The notes beneath the pieces were generated by a model that searched no databases, had not been told where the DNA came from, and saw nothing but the letters and a program-made list of their open reading frames with translations. Shown here one piece after another: positions 51,924 to 64,000 of a stretch of DNA of 64,000 nucleotides. Position 1 is the stretch's first letter. Each line of letters opens with the position of its first letter. Origin of the DNA: Cenococcum geophilum (lineage: Eukaryota); the NCBI GenBank assembly GCA_050273025.1, contig CP158635.1, forward strand, positions 11,036,001 through 11,100,000, written 5' to 3'. A program made the translations under genes and the position numbers.

Positions 51924-54852
51924 TAGTATGTCCACGGTTCGATTTGTATGGCTAAATCAGCCACTAAGTCACGATTTGGCAGGCAGGAGGCCCGTGCGCT
52001 TAGCGGTATATAGATATTACCCCATGTCCACAGTCGATCTATAATTACTAGTAACGCCGCGCTCTTAACACCTATTAAGTGCTATGCGTAGAGCCGGCTA
52101 AGAGCTCTCTGCTCGCATTAGAATGGTAAGAATTAGCCGTAGGTTAATAGAGATATTTACGTTTTAGATTAGGCGCTGCTATTATATAAGTACTTTATTA
52201 AACTTATACTGCACTAAAATAAGCCCCTAAGGGGCTATAGATAAAGGCTTTAAGAGGACTCCTTAGAAGTTAGATATATATACTATTTTAAAGCTTTTTT
52301 ACCCGCTTAAAGCCGTTTATAAAGCTAATCTAGCGAGCACTATATCCGCTCCTGCTATTAATTAACCTACTATATAGCCGCTTCCTTACTAACCCTTTAG
52401 GCCTACGCAACCTACTTAATCTCCTTAATAACCTTAAGCTGTAGGGAGTACTATTGGAGCTTATTCTACTGGCTAGCCCGCTATTTACTGCCCTATTTAG
52501 AATCTAGCGCTACTATAGAAGGATTACCTCTAAGCCCTTTAGTCCACTCGCGCTAAAGGGCCCGTATAGACTTTACTGTATAGTATATATAATATGCTAG
52601 CGACTACTTAGGCGGCTGCTTGGGCTTAGGCCCTTACTACAGCTATAGCTATAGCTATAGCTATAGCGGCGCTAGCGAAGGGGAAGCTACAGCGCTTACC
52701 TAGGCCGATATATTCTAGTTTAATTCCGCGACAAATAGAGGCGCTAGTGGATATACCATTAGTAGACGTACCGTTAGGAGGTATGTTATTAAACGTAAAT
52801 ATATAGATGCTAAAGGGACCTTAAGCTAAAAGGTAAGGCTACCGGACGTAAGCAATTAAAGCTGCAAAGACTGCGCCTACTAGGACTCGGCTATACGGTT
52901 AAATAACGCCTATAGCTCGCGTATTTAGGCGTCTATAGTCTTTAGGCGGTTCGCGATAGCTAGTACAGCCTAGTAGAGTATTAATAGCTAGCTAGGGCCT
53001 TTTTCCTCCTACTATAGGCAGGCTTCGACCTTCTGCGCGAAGGGTAGATAGGCCTTATACTAGAAGACCAGGTGGTTTTATATAGGGCTACTTAGGAACA
53101 TCTTGCGAAGGACTACTAAGTCCTATAGGATAACCTCCTAGAGATAAAATAGGAGGTTTATAGCGCCTATAGCCGCGAGGTTATTAACCTAGCTAACCTA
53201 AGGGCTAAACTGGCCCTTCTAGATATCCAGCTCTGGCTAGATCGTCGACAGTAGTACATTAAGGGGGGCGACGCTTGCCCTGTAAATCTTAAAGCAGCCT
53301 ATCTATAGTAAATGGCCAGCTATTGTCCGTATAAACTCCCGCGGTAGTAAATTTAAGTAATAGCTAACTATTTACTTCTGGTTTTACCTACTAGCGCGTT
53401 TAATCTAGTCCTCGCTAACCCCTTTTAGCTCCGCTATTTTAGCGCTAGCGCTTTGCCTATTATAGGTCTTTTTCTATAAAAAGATGCCGATGGCCTAGAA
53501 TGCCTTAGCAATTTACTCCCGCTATAAGTTATATAAGAAGGCCGTCTTATAGTCCCTAGCGCTGCTTTTAATTAGGCGGATATTATACCACACTAACCGC
53601 TTGCTAAAGTTTAGAAATAGCTTATTATTAAGGTCCTAGTGGTATAAGAGGTAGAAAGCTAGCCCGCTAAGTATATAGATAAGCGGCTTCTTATTATATA
53701 GAGCTCTAATAGTCTTAAGGCGGCTATACTGGTTCTACTTACTGGCGCGTATAGTAAATATTAGGGGCATATAGCGCGTAGGACCTTTCCCCTTAAACTT
53801 AAAGGTAAATAGGTCTAAGATCTCGGCGGAGCGCCTATTGCTGCCGTAGGTAAGTATATAGTGGCCTAGTAGGATATCTATAAGCGTATGGAGGTAGTAT
53901 TTTGGTAAGGAGTCTCCGCGGGCCTATAGCTTATAGTAGACGCTCTTAAACTCGTCCTCTATATATCCGTTAAGTAGTATATTCCTACCCTTATTTATAA
54001 ACTACTTCTTTTCCTACTGCGCGTCCCTCTATTATAAAACCTTTAGGTAATCCCTAATATTATCCTCCTGTAGGAACTAGTGGCTATTTATCCCTATATC
54101 CTTTTACGTTCGGTAAAGGTCCGTTAGGGTAGTAATATAGCCGCGAACTAAGCGCTAGGAGAGCCGCGTCTCGTCCTAAGGTACGTTATTACTAGCCTTA
54201 CGGCTTTTTACTTTTAGTAGCTGGCCTATAACCTTCTTAATAAGGAAAAGAAGTAGCTTCTCTTCTATAATGGTATTGCTATTATAGTACTACTTCCGCT
54301 TATAAAAGGCCTAGAAAGACGCGCGTTAGTTATAAGTATATTACTTTATAAAGCACCTACCTATTTACCTTAAACTCTTTCTACTTCGGCTTATAATTTA
54401 AAGATATATTTTTAGGTCTCTTAAAACGCGTAAGGGTAAGGATACTCTGCGCATTAGCGCGTAGTTTGGCATTATTTACAACGTTAATCTTTACGCAACT
54501 AATTAATAGCATTTTTAAGATATATAGGACGCTGCTAGAGAAGCTATACCCTAAGGGGGGATTCCTATTTTCCTATATACGTAGATATAAACTAGGGAGG
54601 AAAGGTAGAGAGAGCATACCTACTAGATAAGTAATTTTACTATATAGGGTAAATAAACGGGCGTATGGCTGGGCCAATAGGCTAATAGTACGCGCGCATT
54701 AGCAACTTAATTAGTAGGGGTAAAGACATTTAAAGATATCCACGGCTTAGTTATAGGCTTAGCCATAGACATCCGCGAATATTAATAGGGGTTATATATA
54801 TTATATACGGCTTAGTAACTAATCGGGCGCTTAGCTAAGCCGTAAATACCAA
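51924..54852 (-). mobile_element. Crypton (tyrosine recombinase) element, copy 1 (2929 bp)
   Basis: Direct repeat of 54853-57781. Bounded by AATAYCAA direct repeats; its left end is interrupted by Tc1. Confidence 0.88.
52283..54512 (-). pseudogene. Crypton YR/NDC10-II-like protein with C-terminal GCR1_C-like domain, copy 1
   Basis: Same motifs as copy 2; intron at 54311-54368. Confidence 0.82.
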
Positions 54853-57781
54853 TAGTATATCCACGGTTTGATTTATATAGCTAAATTAGCCGCTAAGTCA
54901 CGATTTGGCAGGCAGGAGGCCCGTGCGCTCAGTGGCATATAAATATTACCCTATATTTACGGTTAATCTATAATTACTAGTAACGCCGCGCTCTTAATAC
55001 CTATTAAGCGCTATACGTAGAGCCGGCCAAGAGCTCTTTGCTCGTACTAGAATGGTAAAAATTGGCTATAAGTTAATAGAAATATTTATGTTTTAGATTA
55101 GGCGCTACTATTATATAAGTACCCTACTAAACTTATACCGCACTAAAATAAGCCCCTAAGGGGCTATAGATAAAGGCTTTAAAAGGACTCCTTAGAAGTT
55201 AGATATATATACTATTTTAAAGCTTTTCTATTTACTTAAAGCCGTTTATAAAGCTAATCTAGTAAACACTATATCTGCTTCTGCTGTTAATTAACCTACT
55301 ATATAGCCGCTTCCTTACTAACCCTTTAGGCCTACGCGACTTACCTAATCTCCTTAATAACCTTAAGCCGTAGGGAGTCCTATTAGAGCTCGTTCTACCG
55401 GCTAGCCCGCTATTTACTGCCCTATTTAGAATCTAGCGCTACTATAAAAGGATTACCTCTAAGCCCTTTAATCTACTCGCGCCAAAGGGCCCGTATAAAC
55501 TTTACTATATAGTATATATAATATATAGGCGGCTACTTAGGCGGCTGCTCGGGCTTAGGCCCTTACTGCGGCTATAGCTATAGCTATAGCTACGGCGGCG
55601 CTAGTAAAGGGGAAGCTATAGCGCTTACCTAGGCCGATATATCCTAGCTTAATTCCGTAATAAATAAAGGCGCTAGTAAACGTGCCGTTAGTAAACGTGC
55701 CGTTAGTAGGTATACTATTAGATATAAATATACAGATACTAAAGGGACCTTAAGCCGAAAGGTAAGGCTACTAAACGTAAGTAATTAAAGCTATAAAGAC
55801 TGCGCCTACTAGGACTTGGCTATACGGTTAAACGACACCTATAGCTCGCGTGCTTAGGCGTCTATAGTCTTTAGGCGGTTCGCAATAGCTAGTACAGCCT
55901 AGTAGAGTATTAATAGCTAGCTAGGGCCTTCTTCCTTCTATTATAAGTAGGCTTCAACCTTCTGTATAAAGGGTAGATAGGCCTTATACTAGAAGACCAG
56001 GTAGTTATATATAGGGCTGCTTAGAAATATTTCGCGAAGGACTATTAAGTCCTATAGGATAACCTCCTAGAGATAAAACAGAAGGTTTATAGCGCTTATA
56101 GCTATAAGGTCGTTAACCTAGCTAACCTAAGGGCTAAACTGGCCCTTTTAGACGTCTAGCTCTGGCTAGATTGTCAACAGTAGTATATTAGGAGGGGCGA
56201 CGCTTGCCCTATAAATCTTAAAGCAGCCTATCTGCGGCGAATAGCCGGCCATTATCCGTATAAACTCCTATAGTAGTAAGTTTAAGTAATAGCCGACCAT
56301 TTACTCCTAGTTTTACCTACTAACGTATCTAATCTAGTCCTTACTAACCCCTTTTAGCTCCGCTATCTTAGCGCTAGCGCTTCGCCTAATATAGGTCTTC
56401 TTCTGCGAAAAGACGCTAACAGCCTAGAATGCCTTAGTAACTTACTCCCACTACGAGTTATATAAGAAGGCCGTCTTATAGTCCCCAGCGCTGCTCTTAA
56501 TTAGGTGGATATTATACTATACTAACCGCTTACTAAAGTCTAGGAATAGCTCGTTGCTAAAGTTCTAGTAGTATAAGAGGTAGAAAGCTAGCCCGCTAAG
56601 TATATAAATAAGCGGCTTCTTATTATGTAGAGCTCTAATAGTTTTAAGGCGGCTATACTAGTTCTACTTACTGGCACGTATAGTAAATATTAGGGGCATA
56701 TAGCGCGTAGGACCTTTCCCCTTAAACTTAAAGGTAAATAGGTCTAAGATCTCGGCGGAGTACCTATTGCCGCTATAGGTAAGTATATAGTGGCCTAGTA
56801 GGATATCTATAAGCGTGCGGAGGTAGTATTTTAGTAAGGAGTTTTTATAGGCCTATAGCTTGCGGCAGACGCTCTTAAACTCGTCCTCTATATATCCGTC
56901 GAGTAGTATATCTCTACCCTTATTTATAAACTGCTTCTTTTTCTACTGCGCGTCCCTCCGTTATAGAACCTTTAAGTAATCCCTAATATTATCCTCCTAT
57001 AGGGACTAGTGGCTATTTATCTCTATACCCTTCTGCGTCCGGTAAAGGTCTATTAGGGTAGTAATATAGCTATAAACTAAGCACTAGGAGAGCCGCGTCT
57101 TGTCCTAGAGCACGTCGTCACTAGCCTTACGGCTTTTTACTTTTAGTAGCTGGCCTATAACCTCCTTAATAAGGAAAAGAAGTAGCTTCTTTTCCGTAAC
57201 GGTATTGCTGTTATAGTACTGCTTCCGCTTACAAAAGGCCTAGGAAGACGCGCGTTAGTTATAAGTATACTACTCCGTAAAGTACCTACCTACTTACCTT
57301 AAACTCTTTCTGCTTTGGCTTATAATTTAGAGACGTGTTTTTAGGTTTTTTGGAACGCGTAAGGGTAAGGATACTCTGCGTATTAGCGCGTAGTTCGGCA
57401 TTATTTATAACGTTAATCTTTACGCGACTAATTAACGGCATTTTTAAGATATGTAGGACGCTGCTAGAGAAGCTACACCCTAAGGGGGGATTCCTATTTT
57501 CCTATATACGCAGATATAGACTGGGGAAAAGAGGTAGAGAAAGCATACCTACCGGATAAGTAATCTTACCGCATAGGGTAAATAAACGGGCGCACGGCTG
57601 GGCCAATAGGCCAATAGTACGCGCGCATCAGCGACTTAATTAGTAGGGGTAAAGACATTTAAAGATGTCCACGGCTTAGCTATAGGCTCGACTATAGATA
57701 TCCGCGAATGTTAATGGGGGTTGTATATATTATATACGGCTCAGCGACTAATCGGGCGCTTAGCCGAGCCGTAAATACCAA
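54853..57781 (-). mobile_element. Crypton element, copy 2 (2929 bp)
   Basis: Head-to-tail with copy 1; same 2929-bp offset at every landmark checked. Confidence 0.88.
55212..57441 (-). pseudogene. Crypton YR/NDC10-II-like protein with GCR1_C-like domain, copy 2
   Basis: De-RIP RGGNRRSAEISDLF..GEGPTRCMPL..KQNQ; KTHIGR..DQIRRAGRW..GCYL (HxxR, W, Y); LWREWTEGL..LDSKWG. Intron 57240-57297 with GTAAGT..ACTAAC..TAG. In-frame upstream ATG at 57546. Confidence 0.82.
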
Positions 57782-57835
57782 CTTCTTTAACACTAATGTA
57801 AACAATTAACTTTATTAATTGGATAAACCACTATA

Positions 57836-59796
57836 ATGGTCCGAAATCGTGCATCTAATGACGAGGACTTTGTTCCACCTACCTAATATCTTAAACTGCC
57901 GCGTTAAATAAAGAAAAAACGACCACCAGAGCCCAAACCAGCGCCTCCTTTTGATCCTCTCCCTATCCTTAATAAAAACACCTATAGCACCCCCAATCTT
58001 CCTTCCCACATCGACCCTAGCAATCCCTATTAAATATTTAAGCTATTTTAGACGGATAAGTTGCTAAATTAGCTTATAGAGTATATAAATAGGAACGTAG
58101 AGCTAAACCTAATATCCAAAGAGAAGAAATAAAAGAACTGTTTAAGGCTATAGAAACTAATATATAGGCTTAAGCTTCATATATACTTAGCAGTGCTTAT
58201 TTATATAGGCTTGTATATAGAACTAACCATTAAGGATTACTAGCACGAAGACTTTAGCCATAGAATGATATATATTGTTAGATAGTATATTTTATGCGAC
58301 CGGTAGCAGCAAATTAATTGCTATTTTTACTACACTAAACTAAGAAAATAAGACGATAAGGTCTTCTAAAATACCTTTAAGAGGATATAGGACCTTAGTA
58401 AGTCCCTCCGCCTTTATTGCCGGAAGTTTTATTAGCTAGGAATTAACCTTACTGTTAATAAGACGATTAAGCGCTTTACTGGCCGCGTATTTAAAATTGT
58501 TAATATTCTAACTAAGCCAATACTAGAAGGCTTTAAGATATAGGTATTAGGCAATTAGGGCTACATACTTAACTAGATATTTTACTTAAAAGGCAATAAG
58601 GGAGGCCTATATAATTTAGACCTATTCTAGTGTAAAAAGGAAGGCTTTTCAAAGACGCAGGCAGTTATACTTAATTTTCTTACCTAGCGAGACAATAGCA
58701 CCGGCGAACTCCTTTACCCACTAAACATGCACATAGTTTGGCTCGATAACCTCTTTATATCTATCTATCTTCTTTAGAGACTCTATAAGCTTGGAATTGG
58801 CGCTATAGGAACGGTTAGGATAACTAGAACAAAGCGTAGAAAACAAGAGGATTTAAGTAAGGAAAAAGAGGTTAAGAATAAGAAAATAGCTTATCGCTAG
58901 TGGACCTTAAATTAATCTATAATAGCCAGATTTTATAGGGTACGCTATATACGGAGACTTTAGAGGATAGTACGGTAATGGAGTTTGCCTAGAAGGATGC
59001 TTAGTTGGTCCTATTTATAAGTACTATTACCAACGGTAAGTTAGTTCGATTTTAAAATATTAACACTATAGGCCTATACTAATAATGTTATACATCGCCA
59101 GTTTCTAAAAAAGTAAAACGGCTTCAAAAACGCCTAACTATAACGTCTACTGGCGCTATACAGACTCGGAAGGTGTTTGGCAACAAGGTAAGGAAGTAGT
59201 TATAGATTCTAGCGTTTATTAACTACTATAATCGCTTTATAAAAGGCGTTGATACCGCTAACTAGATAAAATCCTATTATACTTCCCTTAAGCGTCACCA
59301 GAAGACCTAGAAACCACTACTTCACTTCCTACTTAATACAGTTGTTACTAACTACTTTAAGCTATCCTTCTTCGCTAATTAAGGCTGGCCAAACAAGGCT
59401 GGCTATAAAGCCTTTATTAAACGCCTTGTTAACTCCCTCTTCCAAAACTTAATCCGCGTCGCTAAAATATATAAACCTTATATTCCTATAAGCCGAATCA
59501 AACGGTACCCGGTAGTGGAGCATGGATATAAACTAAAGAGGATAAATAGTAAAGTAGTTGCTTGCTTAGCATGCTTTAAGGTAAAAAAACGAGGTACGGT
59601 TAAGAGGCTATCGCAAAGGAAACCTCTAGTAGAGCTTTTTAATAATACAGTGCGGAAATTGCGCGATAATAGGAGTTAAAAGAGGCCTAAACAGGTGCCA
59701 AGAACTCAATTTAGCTATAGGCTCTATAAAATACCACTCTATAAAATAGGGTCGTGCTAGAAGACCTATATCAAGCAGGTTAACACTATAAATTAA
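57836..59796 (+). pseudogene. piggyBac-like transposase, RIP'd
   Basis: De-RIP VDETIERFTGR..IPTKPTPEGFKIW at ~58455-58545, VWLDNLF at ~58735, YNRFMKGVDTADQ at ~59227-59265, Cys-rich C-terminus. End approximate. Confidence 0.85.
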
Positions 59797-62700
59797 ATAT
59801 AGATAGGCCTTTTTAATGTATATTTAAAGCTTTAGGCAAATATTTGGTATATGGTAGAAAGCCTTACCAAAGCAATATAATTGGCTGAGCACGGGCCATA
59901 CTTTTAAGCACGGATCCATCTATACAAGGGATATTTTTCCTTATTAAGTTTACTAATAGCTAAACAATTTTTAAGAAGTAATTAATAAATTAATAATAGA
60001 AATTTGCAAATTTTAAAAATCCTTAAAAATCTTATATACTATTAGGACTTTCCTATTTTATAATTATAGCAATTTTTTTAGGATCTATTTTAATTTTATT
60101 ACGGGATATAATTAGGCCTAAGTATATAACTTTAAACGTATAGAACTTATATTTCTTAATATTATATTATAAGCCCGTGTCTTATAGGCGTTTAAGGACT
60201 ATTTAGATATACTTTTAATACTTAAAAAGTAAAGATAAATAAATTAAGATATTATTAATATACGCGGTAATAAATATATTAAGAAATTCACGAAGCTTAT
60301 TATTAACGTATTACTAAAACGTACTAGGACTATTTTTTATACTAAATAGTATAACTAGGTATTTAAAAAGTCCCTATTATATACGGAAAGCTATATACTT
60401 TTTATCTCCTTTATAAACACGGATTTAATTAAAGGCAGTAACTATATTAAGCTTTATAAAGTATTATACTTTTATTAAGTAGTTAAGCGTTTCTTAAAGT
60501 AGAGGAATTAGATATTAGTTTTAAATTATAATTATATTTAGGGCTTAATAATTAATATAAAACCTTAAGCCTCCTTTAGGTTTCTTAATAAATAGTATAG
60601 GTAAGGTAAATAGTAATTAACTAGGGCAAACAAATCCTTTCTCTAGGTGCTCTTTAAGGTATTATTATATTATAAGTAGCTCTTCTTATAATATACTATA
60701 TAATAGGCTAAACTTTAGCGTTATACTAGGTTTAAGTTCTATCTTAAAATTATACTTATCTTAATATAGGGGTAGTTAATCTATAAATTATTTCTTAAAC
60801 GTATTAATTAAATTATAATATTTTTTAGGTATAAGAGGTTAGGGGTTAATATATTACTTTAGTTCTAACGCCTTTATAACACCTTCTAGTATTATAGTAA
60901 AGATTTTATAGTTTTATTTTCTTACTAATAAATAAAAGGGTGCGGCTTATATTATATAAATTTTAAGGGGTTTTAATATATTATCTTTGCATTCTTTACC
61001 GCAATTAGCAGTTATAACTTTATTATATTAGTTTAAGATTTATAGTAAGGGTAATTTATATTATATTAAATTTAAATAGTTATATATATGTTTATAGAGC
61101 AAGTAATATTTTAAGTAATAACTTTAGTAGTAAGTTATACGGAATTTTAGTATTTCTTTAATCTAGCTAATTAAAGGGTCGTGTTATTTTAGCTATCTAT
61201 ATCTAAGTATTACCTTATAATGCTTTAAGGGTATTATAAATAGGGAAACGTATTTAAGGTATTTACCTATTTATATCTTTATAAGAGCGTAGTGCGTTAG
61301 TTCGCTATATATTAAAGGCTTACTATTAAAGCTTTATAGGCCTTAGGGCTTATTAAGTTTCTTTAAATTTAAGCGTTAAGTTTTTATATAGTTTATATTA
61401 ATAAAGCCTATACTAGTAGCTCCGCTATCTATAAAGATTTATACTTCCTTTTATTTTTTAAGTATTTAAATTTCACTAAGTATATTAAGGGAGTTATATT
61501 ATATATTATCGCTAAAAGAGCCTAAATACTTATACTCTTCCACTTTTTATTTTAAGGCGCGACTTAGCCCTAAAATAATTTATTTTCTAAATTAATTAAA
61601 AGTAAAATGCTTTATAGTAACTAAGTATAATTTATAGAATAAGTATAATTTAAGGATTAAGAGAAACTACAGTAGACCTTTTTAAAAGGGTAAGTTTAGC
61701 AATTCCTTTAAATATATCCCTTTTTACCGCATTTAAAGCATTCTCTATTTATAGCTTAAGTTCTTTATTTATTAGTTCCTAAGGGTATAAAGAATTAGGT
61801 GGTATTAAGGTCTATAGGGTTATATATAGGGCTTTTAGGTCTTAAAAACGGATCGCGCTTTAGGGTATATATTAGTTTCGTAAAGTTTTAAATATAAAGT
61901 ATAGTTAGCTTTAGAGAATAAGTCTGCTTATTATATTAGAGGTCTTTATTAATTCGTTAATATATTATAGCAAATTTAGGTAAGTCTTTTAGTAAATCCC
62001 TACCTACTAACTAGGCTCTAATTTTGTCTAAAATAGCTTAATAAAAAGCGGTAACTTTAGCGGCTTTATTCTAATCTAGCTTGCTAATAAGGCCTAAAAA
62101 TTCCAAACAGAAGCTAGTAAAGTCTTAGTTCCGTTATTATAGGTTTTTAAGTTTAGTAATCGCTATATATTCGTGGCTAGCGTTATTATATATTTATTCT
62201 AGCAGAGAGATAAGGGTTTTAAAATTAATAAAAGTGCCGTTATAAAAGAATAGGTCTATAGTTTATATAGCGTCTTTACTTAAATAAGATATTCTATAGT
62301 TAATCTTGCTAGCTTTAGTAAGGTATTAGTTATAGTTTATTAAAAGTTTAAGATAAAGCTTAGTTATAAAGGGATATAGGTTATTTTAATTTCTATTAAA
62401 CATTAGAGGGTTAGGGAGCTTTTTAGATTTTATAGTAGGTATTAAGTTCGTTATAAGTATAAGTTAAGCTACTATTACTAGTTTAGGGTTCGTATTTAAT
62501 AGGCCGGGTTATATATAGTTATTTTAATTTCGTTTATAGGTGTTACTATTAGGGTTTTTAATATAAGTGCTTTAAGGTTATAGAGTTCTTTATAGATTAC
62601 TCCTATTAATTACTAGTACTAAGCTTCTAATATCGCTTACTATTAGGCTAAAGCATCCGTAAAGAATTATTATATTATAGTTAACTATTCCCTAACCAGG

Positions 62701-63126
62701 GCTATAATGCTTATAGTTAATATAGTAGGTTTAAGTTTATTTACTATTTTAATAGTAGTTATTTTAACGCAACGTAATATAAGGGCGCGAAGCGACTTCG
62801 TAGAAGATTTAAAGGAATAATATAAATTCTATCTAAATTTAAGGGTATATAGCTCTTGCTAAGAACAAGACGTTGTATAAAGAAGAGAAAAGAATAATAA
62901 GAGAATTATATAATTAAATAGTTAGGGGCTTAGTGATTAATGCATGCGTATATATACACGCGGTCTTTAACAGACTTTAATAAAATTCGATTAATCTAGC
63001 AGAATTTAGCAGAAGTTAATTAAGCTAGTAAAATTCGGCAGAATTTGGTTAAAGCGTCGGAATTTATCTATTAAGTGTTTCACTAAGACATTCCTACTGT
63101 AACTAGGCTAGTCCCGTTATAATATA

Positions 63127-63962
63127 TTAGGCCTATAGTAGGGGTAGCTACGCAGCTAGCTATTAGGTTAACTATAGGTTATATAGCTAGTATTATAGGA
63201 GCTACAGATTATATTAAAGCACTATAGGCCGTTTTTCTAGTACTTATAGTCTAGTTAAAGAGGTTTTTGGTTTTTAACTAATTAGCGCGTATTTTAATTT
63301 AATAAAGGCCTTAGTTAATAGCTAGACATTAGTTTATAAGTTTCTGTAATATCTATATAGTAGCAAAAACTAGTAATATAGCCTACTATAGGTTTAGTGT
63401 AAGCTTATTAAAGAGTTCTAGTAATAGGTCTTTCTAAGGGAATTAGGTCTAGCCTACTAGGTATAAAAAGCGGGTCTAAAAGGTTAAAAAGGTCTCTATT
63501 ATTTTTATATTTAGGCTCTTATAGTTAAGGTATGCGTTTTATACCTTAAAGGGGTCCTTATAAATAGAAGATTAGTAATTAATTATTTCTTCTTTAAAGA
63601 TAAAGGGTTTACTAAGCCCTTAGTATATTATAGGCGTATATATATCTAAGTATCTCCGCTAGTATAGTTAAAGATGTAGGTTATTTTAGCTCAAGGCGTA
63701 GAGAAGTAATTAGTATTAACTTTAAGCTTATCCTATAATTAGAGCTTCTAGTTATTAAATATAGGGTTTATTTTATCTATAAGTTATAAAGGGTCCGCAA
63801 CCTCTATAGATTATAATAGTGCTATATAGGCCTTAACGGGTTTTCTAAGGCGCTAGAATAGAGCCTAAAGAACTATAATAAGCCTATTTAATAGGTTATT
63901 GCTAAATATAGGAGTGCTTTTAGTTTTAAGTAATTCTTATAGCTGTTTAATTTTAGTATTAG
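63127..63962 (-). mobile_element. E-family gag fragment M, the host of L
   Basis: Reverse-complement homologue of ~13210-14035. A 13-bp continuation lies on the other side of L at 40752-40764. Confidence 0.8.
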
Positions 63963-64000
63963 TATAATAAAGCCTTATAGGAAATACTATGGTAAACTTA
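63963..64000 (-). mobile_element. Start of an H-family LTR (runs off the window)
   Basis: TATAATAAAGCCTTATAGGAAATACTAT is the reverse complement of the H LTR end at ~40253-40280. Confidence 0.7.

Larger units (their letters stand above)
50487..59930 (+). mobile_element. piggyBac-like DNA transposon, interrupted by the Crypton dimer and Tc1
   Basis: TIR CCCTTG(C/T)ATAGATGG at both ends. Internal IR TAT(A/G)GCCCGTGC at 50514-25 and 59889-900. Transposase remnant downstream of 57836. Confidence 0.88.
40765..63121 (-). mobile_element. Ty3/Gypsy chromovirus L, expanded to 22.4 kb by nested insertions
   Basis: 344-bp LTRs at 40765-41108 and 62778-63121. TSD ATATA at 40760-64 and 63122-26. AYIDDILIY-type motif ~60238-60266, chromodomain ~47960-48130. 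Confidence 0.93.
1..64000. other. RIP-degenerated, AT-rich nested transposon block (heterochromatin-like); no host gene
   Basis: Repeat copies differ mostly by C->T/G->A transitions. Q and W codons in conserved TE motifs have become TAA/TAG. No long ORF in 64 kb. Confidence 0.95.

Noticed and set aside
51924..57781. Starship captain or host NDC10/GCR1 gene
   Set aside because: A 2.9-kb tandem RIP'd unit with YR plus GCR1_C-like domains, no cargo, nested in a transposon; this fits a Crypton.
1..64000. Alternative genetic code or organelle DNA to explain the abundant TAA/TAG
   Set aside because: Stops vary between repeat copies and coincide with general CpA/TpG loss, as expected from RIP.

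Overview
Eukaryotic DNA, almost certainly from a filamentous ascomycete. The whole window is AT-rich, TpA-rich and CpA/TpG-poor, the signature of repeat-induced point mutation (RIP). It is a nest of decayed transposons with no recognisable host gene. From LTR/TIR pairs and target-site duplications (TSDs) I resolved several Ty3/Gypsy chromoviruses (my labels A, B, D, H, E, F, G, L, M), two Ty1/Copia elements (I, and GalEa-like J), a solo LTR, a foldback element, a MITE, a Tc1 DD34E transposon, a piggyBac-like transposon and a head-to-tail dimer of a Crypton (tyrosine recombinase) element. Most interesting: (1) a spliced antisense gene for a Gal4-type Zn2Cys6/coiled-coil protein next to the 3' LTR in three chromovirus copies; (2) the Crypton dimer sits in a loxP-like palindromic site; (3) the piggyBac-like element has an apparent 2-bp AT duplication instead of TTAA. 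All translations were done by eye, and 'de-RIP' readings (restoring T->C, A->G) are inferences. Apart from one Tc1 transposase fragment, the supplied ORFs are spurious or unconfirmed.
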